Source: Peptoniphilus sp. (GTDB lineage: Bacteria > Bacillota > Clostridia > Tissierellales > Peptoniphilaceae). From it: a DNA stretch of 64,000 nucleotides. The translations under genes were made by a program, and so were the position numbers. Location: NCBI RefSeq assembly GCF_050943655.1, contig NZ_JBMNPQ010000001.1, forward strand, positions 15,238 to 79,237, read 5' to 3'. Shown piece by piece: positions 18,916 to 30,742 of this stretch (position 1 is the first letter of the stretch; every line of letters starts with the position of its first letter). Under the pieces are notes generated by a model that worked only from the letters and a program-made list of their open reading frames with translations, made no database searches and was not told the origin of the DNA.

Positions 18916-21495
18916 ATGAATTTTGAAAAATTTACTCAAAAATCACTAGAGGCAGTGCAAGGTGCATACAACACTGCTAAAGAGTATGGAAACCCTGAGG
19001 TTAAAGAAATTCACGTAAATTATGCACTTTTAAATGACAGCGAAGGACTTATTCCTAGGGTTTTAACCTATATGGACAAAAATCCTGAAATGATTAAGGC
19101 GGATGTATTAAAAGTTATTGAAAGACTTCCAAAACAATCTGGCTCAAGTTTATATGCCGACGAATCTTATAGAAAAGTTTTTCAAAAAGCTGAAGAGTTT
19201 AAGGAAAAACTAGGCGATGAATATTTATCTGTTGAGCATATTTATTTGGCGCTAATTGCAACTAAGGGAACTGATTCTGCATCTGTTTTTAACAGATTTT
19301 CTATAGATTTAGATTCATTTTTAAAGGCCCTTCAAAAAATTAGGGGCAATCAACATGTCACTACAGATAATCCTGAAGGAACATACGACGCCCTTAAAAA
19401 ATATGGAGAGGACCTTACAGAACTTGCCCGCGACGGCAAACTTGACCCAGTAATTGGTCGTGACGAAGAAGTTAGAAATGTTATAAGAATTCTTTCAAGA
19501 AGGACAAAGAATAACCCAGTTTTAATCGGGCCTCCAGGAGTTGGTAAAACAGCAATTGCAGGAGGACTTGCCCAAAGAATTGTATCAGAAGATGTGCCCG
19601 ATGGACTTAAAAACAAAACAGTCTTCTCCCTTGACATGGGAGCACTAGTTGCTGGTGCAAAGTATAGAGGTGAGTTCGAAGAGAGACTTAAAGCCGTTCT
19701 AAACGAAATTAAAAAATCTGAAGGCGACATTATTCTTTTCATAGACGAAATTCACAACATCGTCGGAGCAGGCAAGACTGACGGCGCAATGGACGCATCA
19801 AACTTACTAAAACCTATGCTTGCTCGTGGCGAACTTCACGCAATTGGTGCAACAACTCTTGATGAATATAGAAAGTATATCGAAAAGGACCCAGCACTTG
19901 AGAGAAGATTCCAAAAAGTTTTGGTAACTGAGCCAACTGTGGAAGACACAATTGCAATTCTTCGTGGACTAAAAGATAAATACGAAATCTATCACGGAAT
20001 TAGAATTTCAGACTCTGCAGTAATTGCTGCAGCAACTTTATCTGATAGATATATTACAGATAGATACTTGCCAGATAAGGCAATTGACTTGATGGATGAG
20101 TCCTGTGCAATGCTTAGGACAGAAATCGACTCAATGCCTACAGAAATCGACGAAGTTAGAAGAAAAATTCTTCAACTAGAAATCGAAAATGAGGCTCTTA
20201 AAAAAGAAACTGACGAGGCAAGTAAAGTAAGACTTGAAAAGCTTCAAAAAGAACTTTCAGAAGAAAAGGCCGAGTACGACAGATTAAAATCTAAATGGGA
20301 AACTGAAAAGAAAGGCCTTGACTCATTAAAGGACATCAAAAAACAAATTGAAGATGTAAACCACGAAATAGAAGAAGCTGAAAGAAATTACAATCTTGAA
20401 AAACTTTCTGAATTAAAATACGGAACTCTTCCAAAATTAAAAGAAGAGCTTGCCGAAAAAGAAAAAGGCGTAAAAGACGGCTCATCAATGGTAAAAGAAG
20501 AAGTTACAGAAGATGAAATTGCCTATGTAGTTAGCCGCTGGACAGGAATACCTGTAGAAAAATTAAACGAAAGCGAAAGAGATAAACTTCTAAGCCTTGA
20601 AGATATTTTACACAAGAGAGTTGTTGGTCAAGACGAGGCAATTGAAGTTGTATCTGATGCCGTATTAAGAGCAAGGGCAGGACTTAAGGACAAAAATAAA
20701 CCAATTGGCTCCTTCATATTCCTAGGACCAACTGGTGTTGGTAAGACAGAAACTGCCAAGGCACTTACTGAGGCACTTTTCGATGACGAGAGAAATATGA
20801 TAAGAATAGATATGTCTGAATATATGGAAAAACACTCCGTATCTAGACTTGTTGGTTCTCCTCCAGGATATGTTGGATACGACGAAGGTGGACAACTAAC
20901 AGAAGCAGTTAGGAGAAAACCATATAGCGTAATACTATTTGACGAAATCGAAAAGGCTCATCCTGATGTATTTAACATTTTGCTTCAAGTGCTAGATGAC
21001 GGACGACTTACAGACAACCAAGGAAGAACTGTGGACTTTAAAAACACAGTCATCATCATGACATCAAATATTGGATCACATTATCTAATTGATGGAATAA
21101 GCGAAAGTGGAGAGATACTTGAATCAGCTCGTGAAAATGTAATGAGAGATTTGAGAATGGAATTTAGACCAGAATTTTTAAATAGAGTTGACGAGACAGT
21201 TCTATTTAAACCACTTGGAAGATCTGAAATATTTGAAATCATAAAACAAAGCGTTCGCGAAGTTGAAGATAAACTTAGAGATAGAAATATTAAAATTGAA
21301 ATCACAGACTCTGCTCTTGAATTCATACTAGAATCTTCCTTCAACGCACAATATGGCGCTCGTCCAGTTAAGAGATTTATTGGACACAGCTTAGAGACTG
21401 ACCTTTCTAAGATGCTAATTAAAGGCGACATAACAGATGGAGATACAATAGAAGTAGATAGCCTTGCAGGTAAGCTAACTGTAAATAAGAAATAA
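18916..21495 (+). CDS. clpB: ATP-dependent disaggregase ClpB
   Basis: Two AAA+ modules ([16 protein letters not shown]) and a long coiled-coil middle domain, 859 aa. Confidence 0.95.
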   Translation: MNFEKFTQKSLEAVQGAYNTAKEYGNPEVKEIHVNYALLNDSEGLIPRVLTYMDKNPEMIKADVLKVIERLPKQSGSSLYADESYRKVFQKAEEFKEKLGDEYLSVEHIYLALIATKGTDSASVFNRFSIDLDSFLKALQKIRGNQHVTTDNPEGTYDALKKYGEDLTELARDGKLDPVIGRDEEVRNVIRILSRRTKNNPVLIGPPGVGKTAIAGGLAQRIVSEDVPDGLKNKTVFSLDMGALVAGAKYRGEFEERLKAVLNEIKKSEGDIILFIDEIHNIVGAGKTDGAMDASNLLKPMLARGELHAIGATTLDEYRKYIEKDPALERRFQKVLVTEPTVEDTIAILRGLKDKYEIYHGIRISDSAVIAAATLSDRYITDRYLPDKAIDLMDESCAMLRTEIDSMPTEIDEVRRKILQLEIENEALKKETDEASKVRLEKLQKELSEEKAEYDRLKSKWETEKKGLDSLKDIKKQIEDVNHEIEEAERNYNLEKLSELKYGTLPKLKEELAEKEKGVKDGSSMVKEEVTEDEIAYVVSRWTGIPVEKLNESERDKLLSLEDILHKRVVGQDEAIEVVSDAVLRARAGLKDKNKPIGSFIFLGPTGVGKTETAKALTEALFDDERNMIRIDMSEYMEKHSVSRLVGSPPGYVGYDEGGQLTEAVRRKPYSVILFDEIEKAHPDVFNILLQVLDDGRLTDNQGRTVDFKNTVIIMTSNIGSHYLIDGISESGEILESARENVMRDLRMEFRPEFLNRVDETVLFKPLGRSEIFEIIKQSVREVEDKLRDRNIKIEITDSALEFILESSFNAQYGARPVKRFIGHSLETDLSKMLIKGDITDGDTIEVDSLAGKLTVNKK

Positions 21496-21561
21496 ATAAA
21501 AATAAAATAAGCCCAAGAACTTTAAATCACTTAAAGCTCTCGAGCTTTTATATTAAGAAAA

Positions 21562-21578
21562 TGTTAAAAAAATGTTAA
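21562..21578 (+). promoter_or_regulatory. WalR/OmpR-type direct repeat upstream of SLH gene 1
   Basis: TGTTAA-AAAAA-TGTTAA matches TGTWAH-N5-TGTWAH. Confidence 0.5.
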
Positions 21579-21690
21579 GATTAGTAAATATTCACCATTT
21601 TTTCACATATTGGGGGTACTATAGTAAATAGTTAGTCGAAAAAAACAGACTAATGTTAAATCTAGGGCGAAAGAATTTAGGAGGAATAAA

Positions 21691-23414
21691 ATGAAACTAT
21701 ATTCTAAAAAATATTTAGCAATGTTACTTGCAGGAGTTATGGTTACATCAATGCCAGTTGCAGCTTTTGCAGGAGAAAACACAGATAATGATTTAAATAA
21801 TCCACAATCACAAGAAAAAACAGTTGAAAATAATAACAATAACACTTCAGAAGAAAACAAAGACAAAGAAGACAAAGATGAAAAAGAATTAGAAGATAAA
21901 AAAAAGACGCAAAAGATGATGTTGATGGTTTAAGATATCTATCAGATTCTAAAAGAAGACAAATAAAAAGAGATATTGACAAAGCAACAAGCAAATCTGA
22001 AGTTGAAAGAATATTAAGAGATGCAAGAGATGACAATTACGACAACAGAAAAGATGACGTATCTAAAAGAGATCTTGACATCACAAAATTAAAGTATGAC
22101 GGCAAAAGAGTAACAGGAAAGACTCTTAAGAAAGCAGAAATCTATGTATCTATAGACGGCGGAAGATTTAAATATGAAACAACTGCTGATAGAGATGGCG
22201 AATTTGATTTTAAATTAGATCTTAAAAAAGGTGAAAAAGCTGAAATTCGTGCAGAAAAAGATGACGTCGAAGGATATTCTGAAACAATTAGACACAATGA
22301 CTACGATGGCAAAGAAGTAGACGCAAGAAATCTAGAAATTTCTGGATATGAACTTTCTGGTACTATCAAAAATCATCCATGGGAAGATGTAAAAATTTAT
22401 CTAAATGGAAGATACCTTACAACAACAAGAACTGACAAAGACGGAGACTTCTCTGTAAGACTTAGCGAAAAACTTAAAAACTCTGACTTAGACGACTTAT
22501 CTTTCTATACAGAAAAGTCAACAACAGTTGAAAACAAAGACCTAAAAGTAACAAGAGCAATCGAAGGCGAAAAACTTGTAATGGGTACAACAAAAGGTCT
22601 TGAAGAAGTAAGAGTATTATCTGGAAGTAAAGAACTTGGTAAGAGTGATGCAGTTAGAACTGGAGACTTTACAGTATTCTTAGACAGAACTTTAGTATCA
22701 GGAGAAAAATTAACTCTTGAATCAAAAGACTCTGACGGAAAAGTTTCAAAAATTGATTTCGTTGTAACTAAAAAGGCCGAAGCACAAAAACAACTTGCAT
22801 ATATCGAAGGATATCCAGATGGAACATTTAAACCTTCTGATAATATGACAAGAGCAGAAGCAGCAAAGATGTTTGCAACATTAATAAATGGTGGAACAAA
22901 CTTTGGAACTTCAAAGACAACTAAGTTTACAGACGCAAGTAACGATTGGTACTCTGAAGCAATTAACTATGTTGTTGAAAAAGGATTCATTAACGGCTAC
23001 GAAGACGGAACATTTAAACCAAATGAAAAAATCACAAGAGCAGAATTTGCTAAGATGATTTCTGGATATATTAAAGACAGTAACACTACAAAAGCAAGCT
23101 TTGCAGATACAAAAGATCACTGGGCACAAGATGCAATCGACAAACTTTATGGAAACAAAAACATTAAAGGCTACCCAGATGGAACATTTAAACCAAATGC
23201 AAACATCACAAGAGCAGAAGCAGTAACAATCCTAAACTCTGTATTTAACAGATACACAACAGGCGCTTCACTTTCTGATGTGAACACATCTGGACTAAAA
23301 ACTTATAAAGACGTAGATTCATCACACTGGGCATACTACAGTATCCTAGATGCATCTAACACTCATAATAGTGAAAAACTAAATCCAAACTCAGACATTG
23401 ACATTTGGAAATAA
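21691..23414 (+). CDS. SLH-anchored surface protein (signal peptide, helical GA-like module, Ig-like domains, 3 SLH) interrupted by a -1 frameshift at the A8 tract 21898-21905
   Basis: The 80-aa N-terminal ORF has a signal peptide. The -1 frame from about 21906 reads open without stops into the 22581-23414 ORF containing GYPDGTFKP...TRAE SLH repeats. Adding one A gives about 574 aa. Confidence 0.85.
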
Positions 23415-23589
23415 AAAATAAAAATTAGATAAAATATTAAGTGCAGGTAGAAATACTTGCACTTTTTTATTGCTAAGCCTAAGTGCATTATTATTTGTAT
23501 AATGAAACGCTTAGATGTTATTATATTAATTGAGGGTTAAAGCATCTATAGACTTATTTAAAATTAAGAGAAACTGTTGATGTGATGAT

Positions 23590-25368
23590 ATGGATAAAGT
23601 AAAAAACAATTTTAATATTATTTACAAAGAATTTTTTAAATTTTCAAAAAAGGGAGCAGTGGCATTTTTAATAAATGCTATTCTAGAGCCTCTCCCTTCT
23701 TTTTTGATTGCAATTTTAAGTAAGAGCTTGTTAAATTTTTTGACAAATAATAGAGAACTAAATTTCATACTAAAATATTTATTGTCTTTTGTAGTATTCT
23801 TGTTTGCAATAAATGTAGTTATAAATCTAACTTATAATATTTTGTGGCCGATTGTCGTAAATTTTAGATTTCAAAAACTTACAGAGCTTGGACAAACTGC
23901 AATGAATCTAGATTACTCACTGCTTGAAGATTATGAAGTAATGGAAGAATTTGAAATTGCAAAATCATCTTCATCAGATAATCAAAATGGATTTGCAGGT
24001 TATATTTTTAATTTGAGCAAAACTTTTAAGGGGATAATTTCTTTTATATTAAATGGGTTAGTTTTAATATTTTATCTGCCTCTTCTAATAATTCCAGCAA
24101 TTCTTTTATTTGTACATAATTTGAAAAAGTCTCTTGCATCTAGAAACAAAACCCACGAGATAAAGGATATGATAACTAAAGATTTTGACAGGAAAGAGGA
24201 GTATATCAACAGCACGATTTGGGATTTTAGCACGGGAAAAGAGATAAGGATATTTAACATTTCCTCTATGCTTTTAAATAAACTTGAAAAAATTTTTGGT
24301 GATAAGAATAAAAATGTTGGCGAAATTTTAAAAATTGAAAAAGATTTATTTATTTCTAACAATATTCTTTGGATTGTTTTTGAAATAATTACTTACCTCT
24401 ATATTTTCATTTTATTTGCAAGTGGCAGGCTTCAAGTTGACTCAATTGTGATGTTAATAATGGTATTCTCTTTGTTCCAAAAATCTTTAAGCGATATATC
24501 CGATGACTTCAGCAAATTGTATCAAAATAGTTTAGAGATAGAAAATTACTTCTCATTTGTAGATAAATATCCTAGCGGCAAAGAAGAAAATTCAAGAAAA
24601 ATAAAAATTTCTCGAATAGATTCTGTAGAATTTAAGAATGTGTGGTTTAGGTATTCAAAGAAAAGTCCATATGTACTAAAAAATATAAATTTCAGTCTAA
24701 AAAATAATGAAAAACTTGCCATAGTTGGAATAAACGGCAGTGGAAAAAGTACAATCATAAAACTTCTTCTTAATTTTTACAAGCAAGATAAAGGTCAAAT
24801 TTTGATAAATGGTTTTGATATAAACGATATTGAAAAGAAGAGCTTGTATTCTTTAGTTTCTTCGATGTTCCAAGAATCTATAATTTATTCTTTTCCAGTT
24901 GCCCAAAATGTTGCTATGTCAGATTCATTTGACAAAAGAAAAGTAATATCTGCGCTCGAAGAAGCAAATATTTATAAAGAAATTGATAAATTTGATGAAA
25001 ATATAGACAAGATGATGCTTAGGTTAATAGATGATAAAGGATTTGTTCCTTCAGGAGGGCAGAGTCAAAAAATAAACTTCGCGAGAAGTCTATATAGAGA
25101 TTCTGATTTATTAATTTTAGACGAACCATCAGCTTTCTTAGATCCATTCTCAGAGGAGAAAATGATACGATCCATTACCGATGCTACCAAGGATAAAATG
25201 GCAATTTATATTTCTCACAGACTGACAACTGTAAAGTTTTGCGATAAAATTATTCTTCTTAAAGATGGTGGGATAATTGAGCGTGGAAACTGTGATGAGA
25301 TGATTGATAAAAAAGCTCAGTTCTACAATATGTACATGAGTCAGAAGAAGCTTTTTGTTAAGCAGTAG
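23590..25368 (+). CDS. ABC exporter, fused permease/ATPase
   Basis: N-terminal TM domain, Walker A GINGSGKST, SGGQ signature and LILDEP. Confidence 0.9.
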   Translation: MDKVKNNFNIIYKEFFKFSKKGAVAFLINAILEPLPSFLIAILSKSLLNFLTNNRELNFILKYLLSFVVFLFAINVVINLTYNILWPIVVNFRFQKLTELGQTAMNLDYSLLEDYEVMEEFEIAKSSSSDNQNGFAGYIFNLSKTFKGIISFILNGLVLIFYLPLLIIPAILLFVHNLKKSLASRNKTHEIKDMITKDFDRKEEYINSTIWDFSTGKEIRIFNISSMLLNKLEKIFGDKNKNVGEILKIEKDLFISNNILWIVFEIITYLYIFILFASGRLQVDSIVMLIMVFSLFQKSLSDISDDFSKLYQNSLEIENYFSFVDKYPSGKEENSRKIKISRIDSVEFKNVWFRYSKKSPYVLKNINFSLKNNEKLAIVGINGSGKSTIIKLLLNFYKQDKGQILINGFDINDIEKKSLYSLVSSMFQESIIYSFPVAQNVAMSDSFDKRKVISALEEANIYKEIDKFDENIDKMMLRLIDDKGFVPSGGQSQKINFARSLYRDSDLLILDEPSAFLDPFSEEKMIRSITDATKDKMAIYISHRLTTVKFCDKIILLKDGGIIERGNCDEMIDKKAQFYNMYMSQKKLFVKQ

Positions 25369-25386
25369 GAAGCTCAGGTGATTTGA

Positions 25387-27144
25387 ATGATAAAAAGAAT
25401 TTATAAAGAAGTATCTGAAATGTCCAAAGAATATTTGTACTTTTCAGTTTTTATAATAATTATAAAAAGTATTTATCCAATAATCCTCGTCCTATTTCCA
25501 AAAATAATTATTGAGAGCATAACTTCTGGTATTAGCTATAAATCTATCATCCCAATAATTTCAATTATTCTAATTAAATTTGTATCTACAAGTGTGATTA
25601 AAATTCTGGAAAACAAGCTTCTTTTTATAGGCACAGAATTAAATCAAAAATTTGAGACAAAAATTTTAAAAAAATTAATGACAGTGGATTATGAAACTTT
25701 AGAGAATCCACAAATTTTAGATATGAAGGACGAGGCACTGGAAGGAATTTCCATAAGTGAGGGCTCAAGCATTTCCATTTATAATGAAAAGTTTATTGAA
25801 ATTATTTCGTCTATTATTTCAATTGTTGGAGTTGCATACATAATAACAAAAATAAGTGCAATTTATCTGATTGTTTTAATCATTATACTTACTCTTGATT
25901 TTGTAATTGAAAAAATCATTGCAGATTTTGAGATGAAAAATTGGAGCAAGTGGATACCAATCAACAGACAGTTTCGAATGGTTTACGACTTGATGTATAA
26001 TTTCAAAAACGGGCCAGATATAAGAATGTTTAGTGCAGAAGACTTTTTTACGAGAAAGGTTAATTCTGCAAACAAAAACATGTACGAAGTTATGAGTGAC
26101 GAGGCAAGAACTGTTTCGAGATACGGTATTTTTACAGCAATATTAGAATCATTAAAGATATTTGTAATTGGGTACTTGGCGATAGATGGTCTTTTTAAAA
26201 AAATTCTCTCCATTGCAGATTTTGGGGCATACCTTGTCGCCGTCAATGTTTTTATTGATTCAGTAAAGTCGATAACTCATGCAGTTGTAGATATAAATAA
26301 ATTATCTCGCTACATGAAGAGTTATTTTACTTTTCTAGACCTTGATACTTCTAAAAAGAAAATTGAGGAAAGAACTGTTTTAAATAAAGATGATAAAGTT
26401 TCTAAGATTGAATTTAAAAATGTGTACTTCAAGTATCCTTCAATGGACGAGTACACTCTTTTAGATATTAATTTTAAAATTGAAGAGAACGAAAAAATTA
26501 GTTTAGTTGGATTAAATGGTGCTGGCAAGTCTACGATTATAAAACTTCTAACAGGTCTTTATAAACCGACTAAAGGAGAAATTTTAATCGACGGAGTTAG
26601 CACTGTTAATTATAACAAGGATGATTTATTTAAAAAGTTTGCGGCAGTGTTTCAAGATTTTAACATCTTTCCGCTATCAGTTGCAGAAAATATTTCGATG
26701 AATGGTGCAAGAGACGAGTCCAAAATAGAAGAGCTATTATATAAAACTGATTTGTTAAAGAGAGTAAAGAGTTTAGAGTATGGACTTGATGAAAATTTGT
26801 ACAGAGCTTACGACAGCTCATCTACAGATTTATCCATGGGCCAAAAGCAAAAGATAGCACTTGCAAGGGCGCTATATAGTGATAGAGAATTTTTATTATT
26901 AGATGAGCCGACTGCATCAGTTGATGTTTACACTGAACTAAACTTTTACAAAAACTTGGAGCAATTTGCCAAGGACAAGACTTCTATTTTTATTTCACAC
27001 AGACTTATAAGTTCAAAATTTTGTGACAGAATTATTGTTTTGGAAAATGGAAAAATCATCGAGAGTGGAAGCTTTGAAGATTTATTAAAAGAAGACAGCA
27101 GATTTAAAGAAATGTTTCAAATGCAAAGGGAAAAGTTCATATAG
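25387..27144 (+). CDS. ABC exporter, fused permease/ATPase (degenerate signature LSMGQ)
   Basis: GLNGAGKST, LSMGQKQK and LLLDEP. Probable heterodimer partner of the upstream gene. Confidence 0.9.
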   Translation: MIKRIYKEVSEMSKEYLYFSVFIIIIKSIYPIILVLFPKIIIESITSGISYKSIIPIISIILIKFVSTSVIKILENKLLFIGTELNQKFETKILKKLMTVDYETLENPQILDMKDEALEGISISEGSSISIYNEKFIEIISSIISIVGVAYIITKISAIYLIVLIIILTLDFVIEKIIADFEMKNWSKWIPINRQFRMVYDLMYNFKNGPDIRMFSAEDFFTRKVNSANKNMYEVMSDEARTVSRYGIFTAILESLKIFVIGYLAIDGLFKKILSIADFGAYLVAVNVFIDSVKSITHAVVDINKLSRYMKSYFTFLDLDTSKKKIEERTVLNKDDKVSKIEFKNVYFKYPSMDEYTLLDINFKIEENEKISLVGLNGAGKSTIIKLLTGLYKPTKGEILIDGVSTVNYNKDDLFKKFAAVFQDFNIFPLSVAENISMNGARDESKIEELLYKTDLLKRVKSLEYGLDENLYRAYDSSSTDLSMGQKQKIALARALYSDREFLLLDEPTASVDVYTELNFYKNLEQFAKDKTSIFISHRLISSKFCDRIIVLENGKIIESGSFEDLLKEDSRFKEMFQMQREKFI

Positions 27145-27305
27145 AAATAAAGTCCTCTATAAGTAGAGGATTTTTTTATTTTAAAGTATTATCTACAAAG
27201 TTTAATATAAATAAGATCGAGAAAATTTTATTTACTTCTTGTAAATTTTATTTAAATCATGCCTTTGATATAATATAGATGTATTAATTTATAGAGGATG
27301 ATTTT

Positions 27306-30300
27306 ATGGGAGAGTTTGTTCATCTACATTTGCACAGTGAGTATTCACTACTTGATGGTTCGACGAGAATTAGCGAGCTTGCGAAAAGAGTAAGAGAGCT
27401 TGGAATGGATTCTGTCGCTCTAACTGATCACGGCAATATGTATGGTGCCATTGCTTTTTATAAGGAATGTTTAAAGGAAGGCGTAAAGCCCATAATGGGC
27501 TGCGAGATTTATGTTTCTGAAAAGGACATGAATATCAAAGACAAGACGAATAAGAGATACCACTTAATTTTGTTGGCAGAGAATAACACTGGTTACAAAA
27601 ATATTATGAAAATTGTTTCAGAAGGTTTTGTAAGAGGTTATTATTACAAGCCTAGAGTGGATAAGCAAGTGCTTAGGAAATATTCTGAAGGTGTAATTGC
27701 AACTTCAGCCTGCCTTGGTGGCGAAGTGCAAAGAAAGCTAATGGATAGAGACATTGACGGCGCGAGAAAGGCTGCCCTTTTATACGAAGAAATTTTTGGC
27801 AAAGGGAACTTCTTTTTGGAACTACAAGACCACGGCATACCAGAGCAGGCTAGAGTAAATAGAGAGCTCGTCAAGCTTTCGAATGAACTCGAAATTGGAT
27901 TAGTTGCGACAAATGACGTGCACTATTTAAATAAAGATGACGCCAAAAGTCACGACATCCTTTTGTGCATTCAGACGGGAAAAACTGTAAACGACGAGTA
28001 CAGAATGAAGTTTCCTTCAGATGAATTTTATTTAAAATCTCCTGACGAGATGAAGTCGCTTTTCCCAGAAAATCTTGATGCAATAAAAAACACTGTAGAA
28101 ATTGCCAATAGGTGCAATGTTGAGATAAAGTTTCACGACTTGCATCTACCTGAGTTTAGAGTGCCAAGTGGCTTTACTCACGCAGAGTATTTGGAAAAAC
28201 TTGCGCGCGACGGGTTAGAAGAAAAGTACGACGAGATAACTCCTGAGATTTTAGATAGATTTAATTATGAGCTCGACACGATTAAAAGCATGGGATATGT
28301 GGACTACTTTTTAATTGTTTGGGACTTTATTAATTATGCGAAGAAAAACAAAATTGAAGTTGGACCAGGTCGTGGTTCTGCTGCTGGATCAATTGTATCT
28401 TATGGACTAGGAATAATCGATGTCGATCCACTTGAATTTGACCTTCTGTTTGAAAGATTTTTAAATCCTGAGAGAGTTTCCATGCCCGATATTGATATAG
28501 ACTTCTGCTACGAGAGGCGCGAAGAAGTAATCGAATATGTTACAGAAAAATACGGCGCAAGTCACGTTGCACAGATCGCAACTTTTGGAACTATGGCTGC
28601 AAGAAATGCCATAAGAGATGTTGGACGTGCCATTGACATGAGCTATGCAAAGGTCGACTACATCGCAAAGCAGGTGCCGCAGGCTCTAAACATCACAATC
28701 GATAAGGCCCTAGAAATTTCTGACTCCTTTAGGACAATTTATGAGGAAGAAGAGGAGAGCAAATTTTTAATCGACATGGCAAGAAAGTTAGAGGGACTTC
28801 CACGCCACACTTCAACTCACGCGGCGGGCGTTGTAATTTCAAAGGACGAGCTGACTGAATATGTTCCACTAACTAGAAACGACGACATCATTGCGACTCA
28901 GTTTAACATGATTGAGCTGGAAGAGCTGGGACTTTTAAAGATGGACTTTTTGGGACTTAGGACTCTTACTGTAATTAGGGACACGCTAAGGCTCATTAAA
29001 GAAAATTACGGCAAGGAGATTTACTTTGACAATTTAGACTACAACGACAAAAATGTTTTGGACATGTTTGCAAGAGCCGAGACTCTTGGGATTTTTCAAT
29101 TTGAGTCTGGCGGCATGAGACAATTTTTGAAGGAATTAAAACCCGATGAGTTCTCAGACCTTTACGCTGCCAACGCACTCTTTAGGCCGGGTCCTATGAA
29201 GCAAATTCCAAAATTTGTGGAGTCAAAACACGACAAGAGCAAAATTTCATATCTACATCCAAAGCTTGAGCCAATTCTAAAATCAACTTATGGCTGTATA
29301 GTCTACCAAGAGCAGGTTATGCAAATCGTGCAACAAATTGGTGGATATTCCCTAGGAAGAGCCGACATCGTAAGGCGTGCCATTTCCAAAAAGAAGATGG
29401 CAATAATGGAAGAGGAAAGGCGAAACTTTATTTATGGAAATGAAGAAGAGGGAGTCTGCGGTGCAATTGCAAATGGAGTCGACGAAAAAACTGCAAATGC
29501 AATTTACGATTTGATAATCGACTTTGCCGACTACGCCTTTAACAAATCCCACTCCGTTGCCTATTCTGTAGTTGCATACAGAACGGCGTGGTTAAAATAT
29601 TATTATCCAAAAGAATTTATGGCTGCACAAATTTCAACCTACACTCAGGACATAAAACAGGTTAGTCTATACATTGAAGAGATAAAAAGACTTGGAATTG
29701 AACTTTTGCCGCCGAATATAAATTATTCCTACAAAAAGTTTACTGTTGAAGATGGCAAGATAAGATTTGGAATGAAGGCCGTAAAAAATGTGGGAGACCA
29801 TTTAATTGATACAATGGTTTCTGCAAGAGAAAAGGGTGGCAAGTTCAAAAACTTGACGGACTTTGTGACGAGAATAAATAAAGAAAACCCACAAGTTTTA
29901 AACAAGAGAGCTGTTGAGAGTTTGATAAGATGCGGCGCCATGGACGATTTTGAGGGTAACAGGGCACAATATTTAGCAATTTATGAAAAAACTCTTCTTT
30001 CGTCATCAAATAGGGTAAAAAATAATATAGCAGGACAGTTTTCACTTTTTGAAACGACAGAGATGAAAGAGGACTTGCCAAAACTTAAAGACTTCTCGCA
30101 AAAGGACAAGCTCGACATGGAAAGAGAAGTTATCGGAATTTACGTATCTGGCCATCCGCTTGATCCTTATCGAGAGATGATAGAAAAATCCAGCACAATG
30201 AACACCAACGAAATTTTTGAAAAGTATAGAGAAAATTTGCTCGGCTCAAGAAAAGTAAAAATTGGTGGGATTTTAAAAGGCAAGAGAACCATGATTACAA

Positions 30301-30734
30301 AAAATAAAAAGCTCATGGCCTTTGCAGTTTTGGAGGACTTATTTGGAGTAATTGAGCTTGTAATCTTTCCAAATGTCTTTTCTAAATACAAGGAGCTAAT
30401 TGAAGATGAGAAGGTAGTCTTTATCGACGGACATTTTTCAGCATCTGAAGTGGAAGAGCCAAAGATTTTAGTCGACGCGATTTCTGAAATTAAAATGCCA
30501 AACGAGAGAAAGTTATATTTAAGCGTTCCTTCAATGACTGGTGGAAATATTAATAAAATTAGAGAGACTCTTCATGATTTTGGGGGCAACACTCCAGTAA
30601 TATTTTATGCAGAAGACGAAAAGAAGGCCTTTGGGACAGAGAGTGAATTTTGGATAGATGAAAAGTCCATGAAAGATTTAAAGGAAATACTTTTGGAATA
30701 CATCGATAGTCCTGGAAAAATTATTTTAAAATAG
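27306..30734 (+). CDS. dnaE: DNA polymerase III alpha subunit
   Basis: PHP domain HLHLHSEYSLLDG, GRGSAAGS, PDIDIDF and FNKSH motifs. Confidence 0.97.
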   Translation: MGEFVHLHLHSEYSLLDGSTRISELAKRVRELGMDSVALTDHGNMYGAIAFYKECLKEGVKPIMGCEIYVSEKDMNIKDKTNKRYHLILLAENNTGYKNIMKIVSEGFVRGYYYKPRVDKQVLRKYSEGVIATSACLGGEVQRKLMDRDIDGARKAALLYEEIFGKGNFFLELQDHGIPEQARVNRELVKLSNELEIGLVATNDVHYLNKDDAKSHDILLCIQTGKTVNDEYRMKFPSDEFYLKSPDEMKSLFPENLDAIKNTVEIANRCNVEIKFHDLHLPEFRVPSGFTHAEYLEKLARDGLEEKYDEITPEILDRFNYELDTIKSMGYVDYFLIVWDFINYAKKNKIEVGPGRGSAAGSIVSYGLGIIDVDPLEFDLLFERFLNPERVSMPDIDIDFCYERREEVIEYVTEKYGASHVAQIATFGTMAARNAIRDVGRAIDMSYAKVDYIAKQVPQALNITIDKALEISDSFRTIYEEEEESKFLIDMARKLEGLPRHTSTHAAGVVISKDELTEYVPLTRNDDIIATQFNMIELEELGLLKMDFLGLRTLTVIRDTLRLIKENYGKEIYFDNLDYNDKNVLDMFARAETLGIFQFESGGMRQFLKELKPDEFSDLYAANALFRPGPMKQIPKFVESKHDKSKISYLHPKLEPILKSTYGCIVYQEQVMQIVQQIGGYSLGRADIVRRAISKKKMAIMEEERRNFIYGNEEEGVCGAIANGVDEKTANAIYDLIIDFADYAFNKSHSVAYSVVAYRTAWLKYYYPKEFMAAQISTYTQDIKQVSLYIEEIKRLGIELLPPNINYSYKKFTVEDGKIRFGMKAVKNVGDHLIDTMVSAREKGGKFKNLTDFVTRINKENPQVLNKRAVESLIRCGAMDDFEGNRAQYLAIYEKTLLSSSNRVKNNIAGQFSLFETTEMKEDLPKLKDFSQKDKLDMEREVIGIYVSGHPLDPYREMIEKSSTMNTNEIFEKYRENLLGSRKVKIGGILKGKRTMITKNKKLMAFAVLEDLFGVIELVIFPNVFSKYKELIEDEKVVFIDGHFSASEVEEPKILVDAISEIKMPNERKLYLSVPSMTGGNINKIRETLHDFGGNTPVIFYAEDEKKAFGTESEFWIDEKSMKDLKEILLEYIDSPGKIILK

Positions 30735-30742
30735 GTGATATT

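Noticed and set aside
19546-19575. ClpB reads [10 protein letters not shown] rather than the usual ...AEGLA/VEGLA
   Set aside because: A single substitution whose effect or reality cannot be judged. The rest of the protein is intact.
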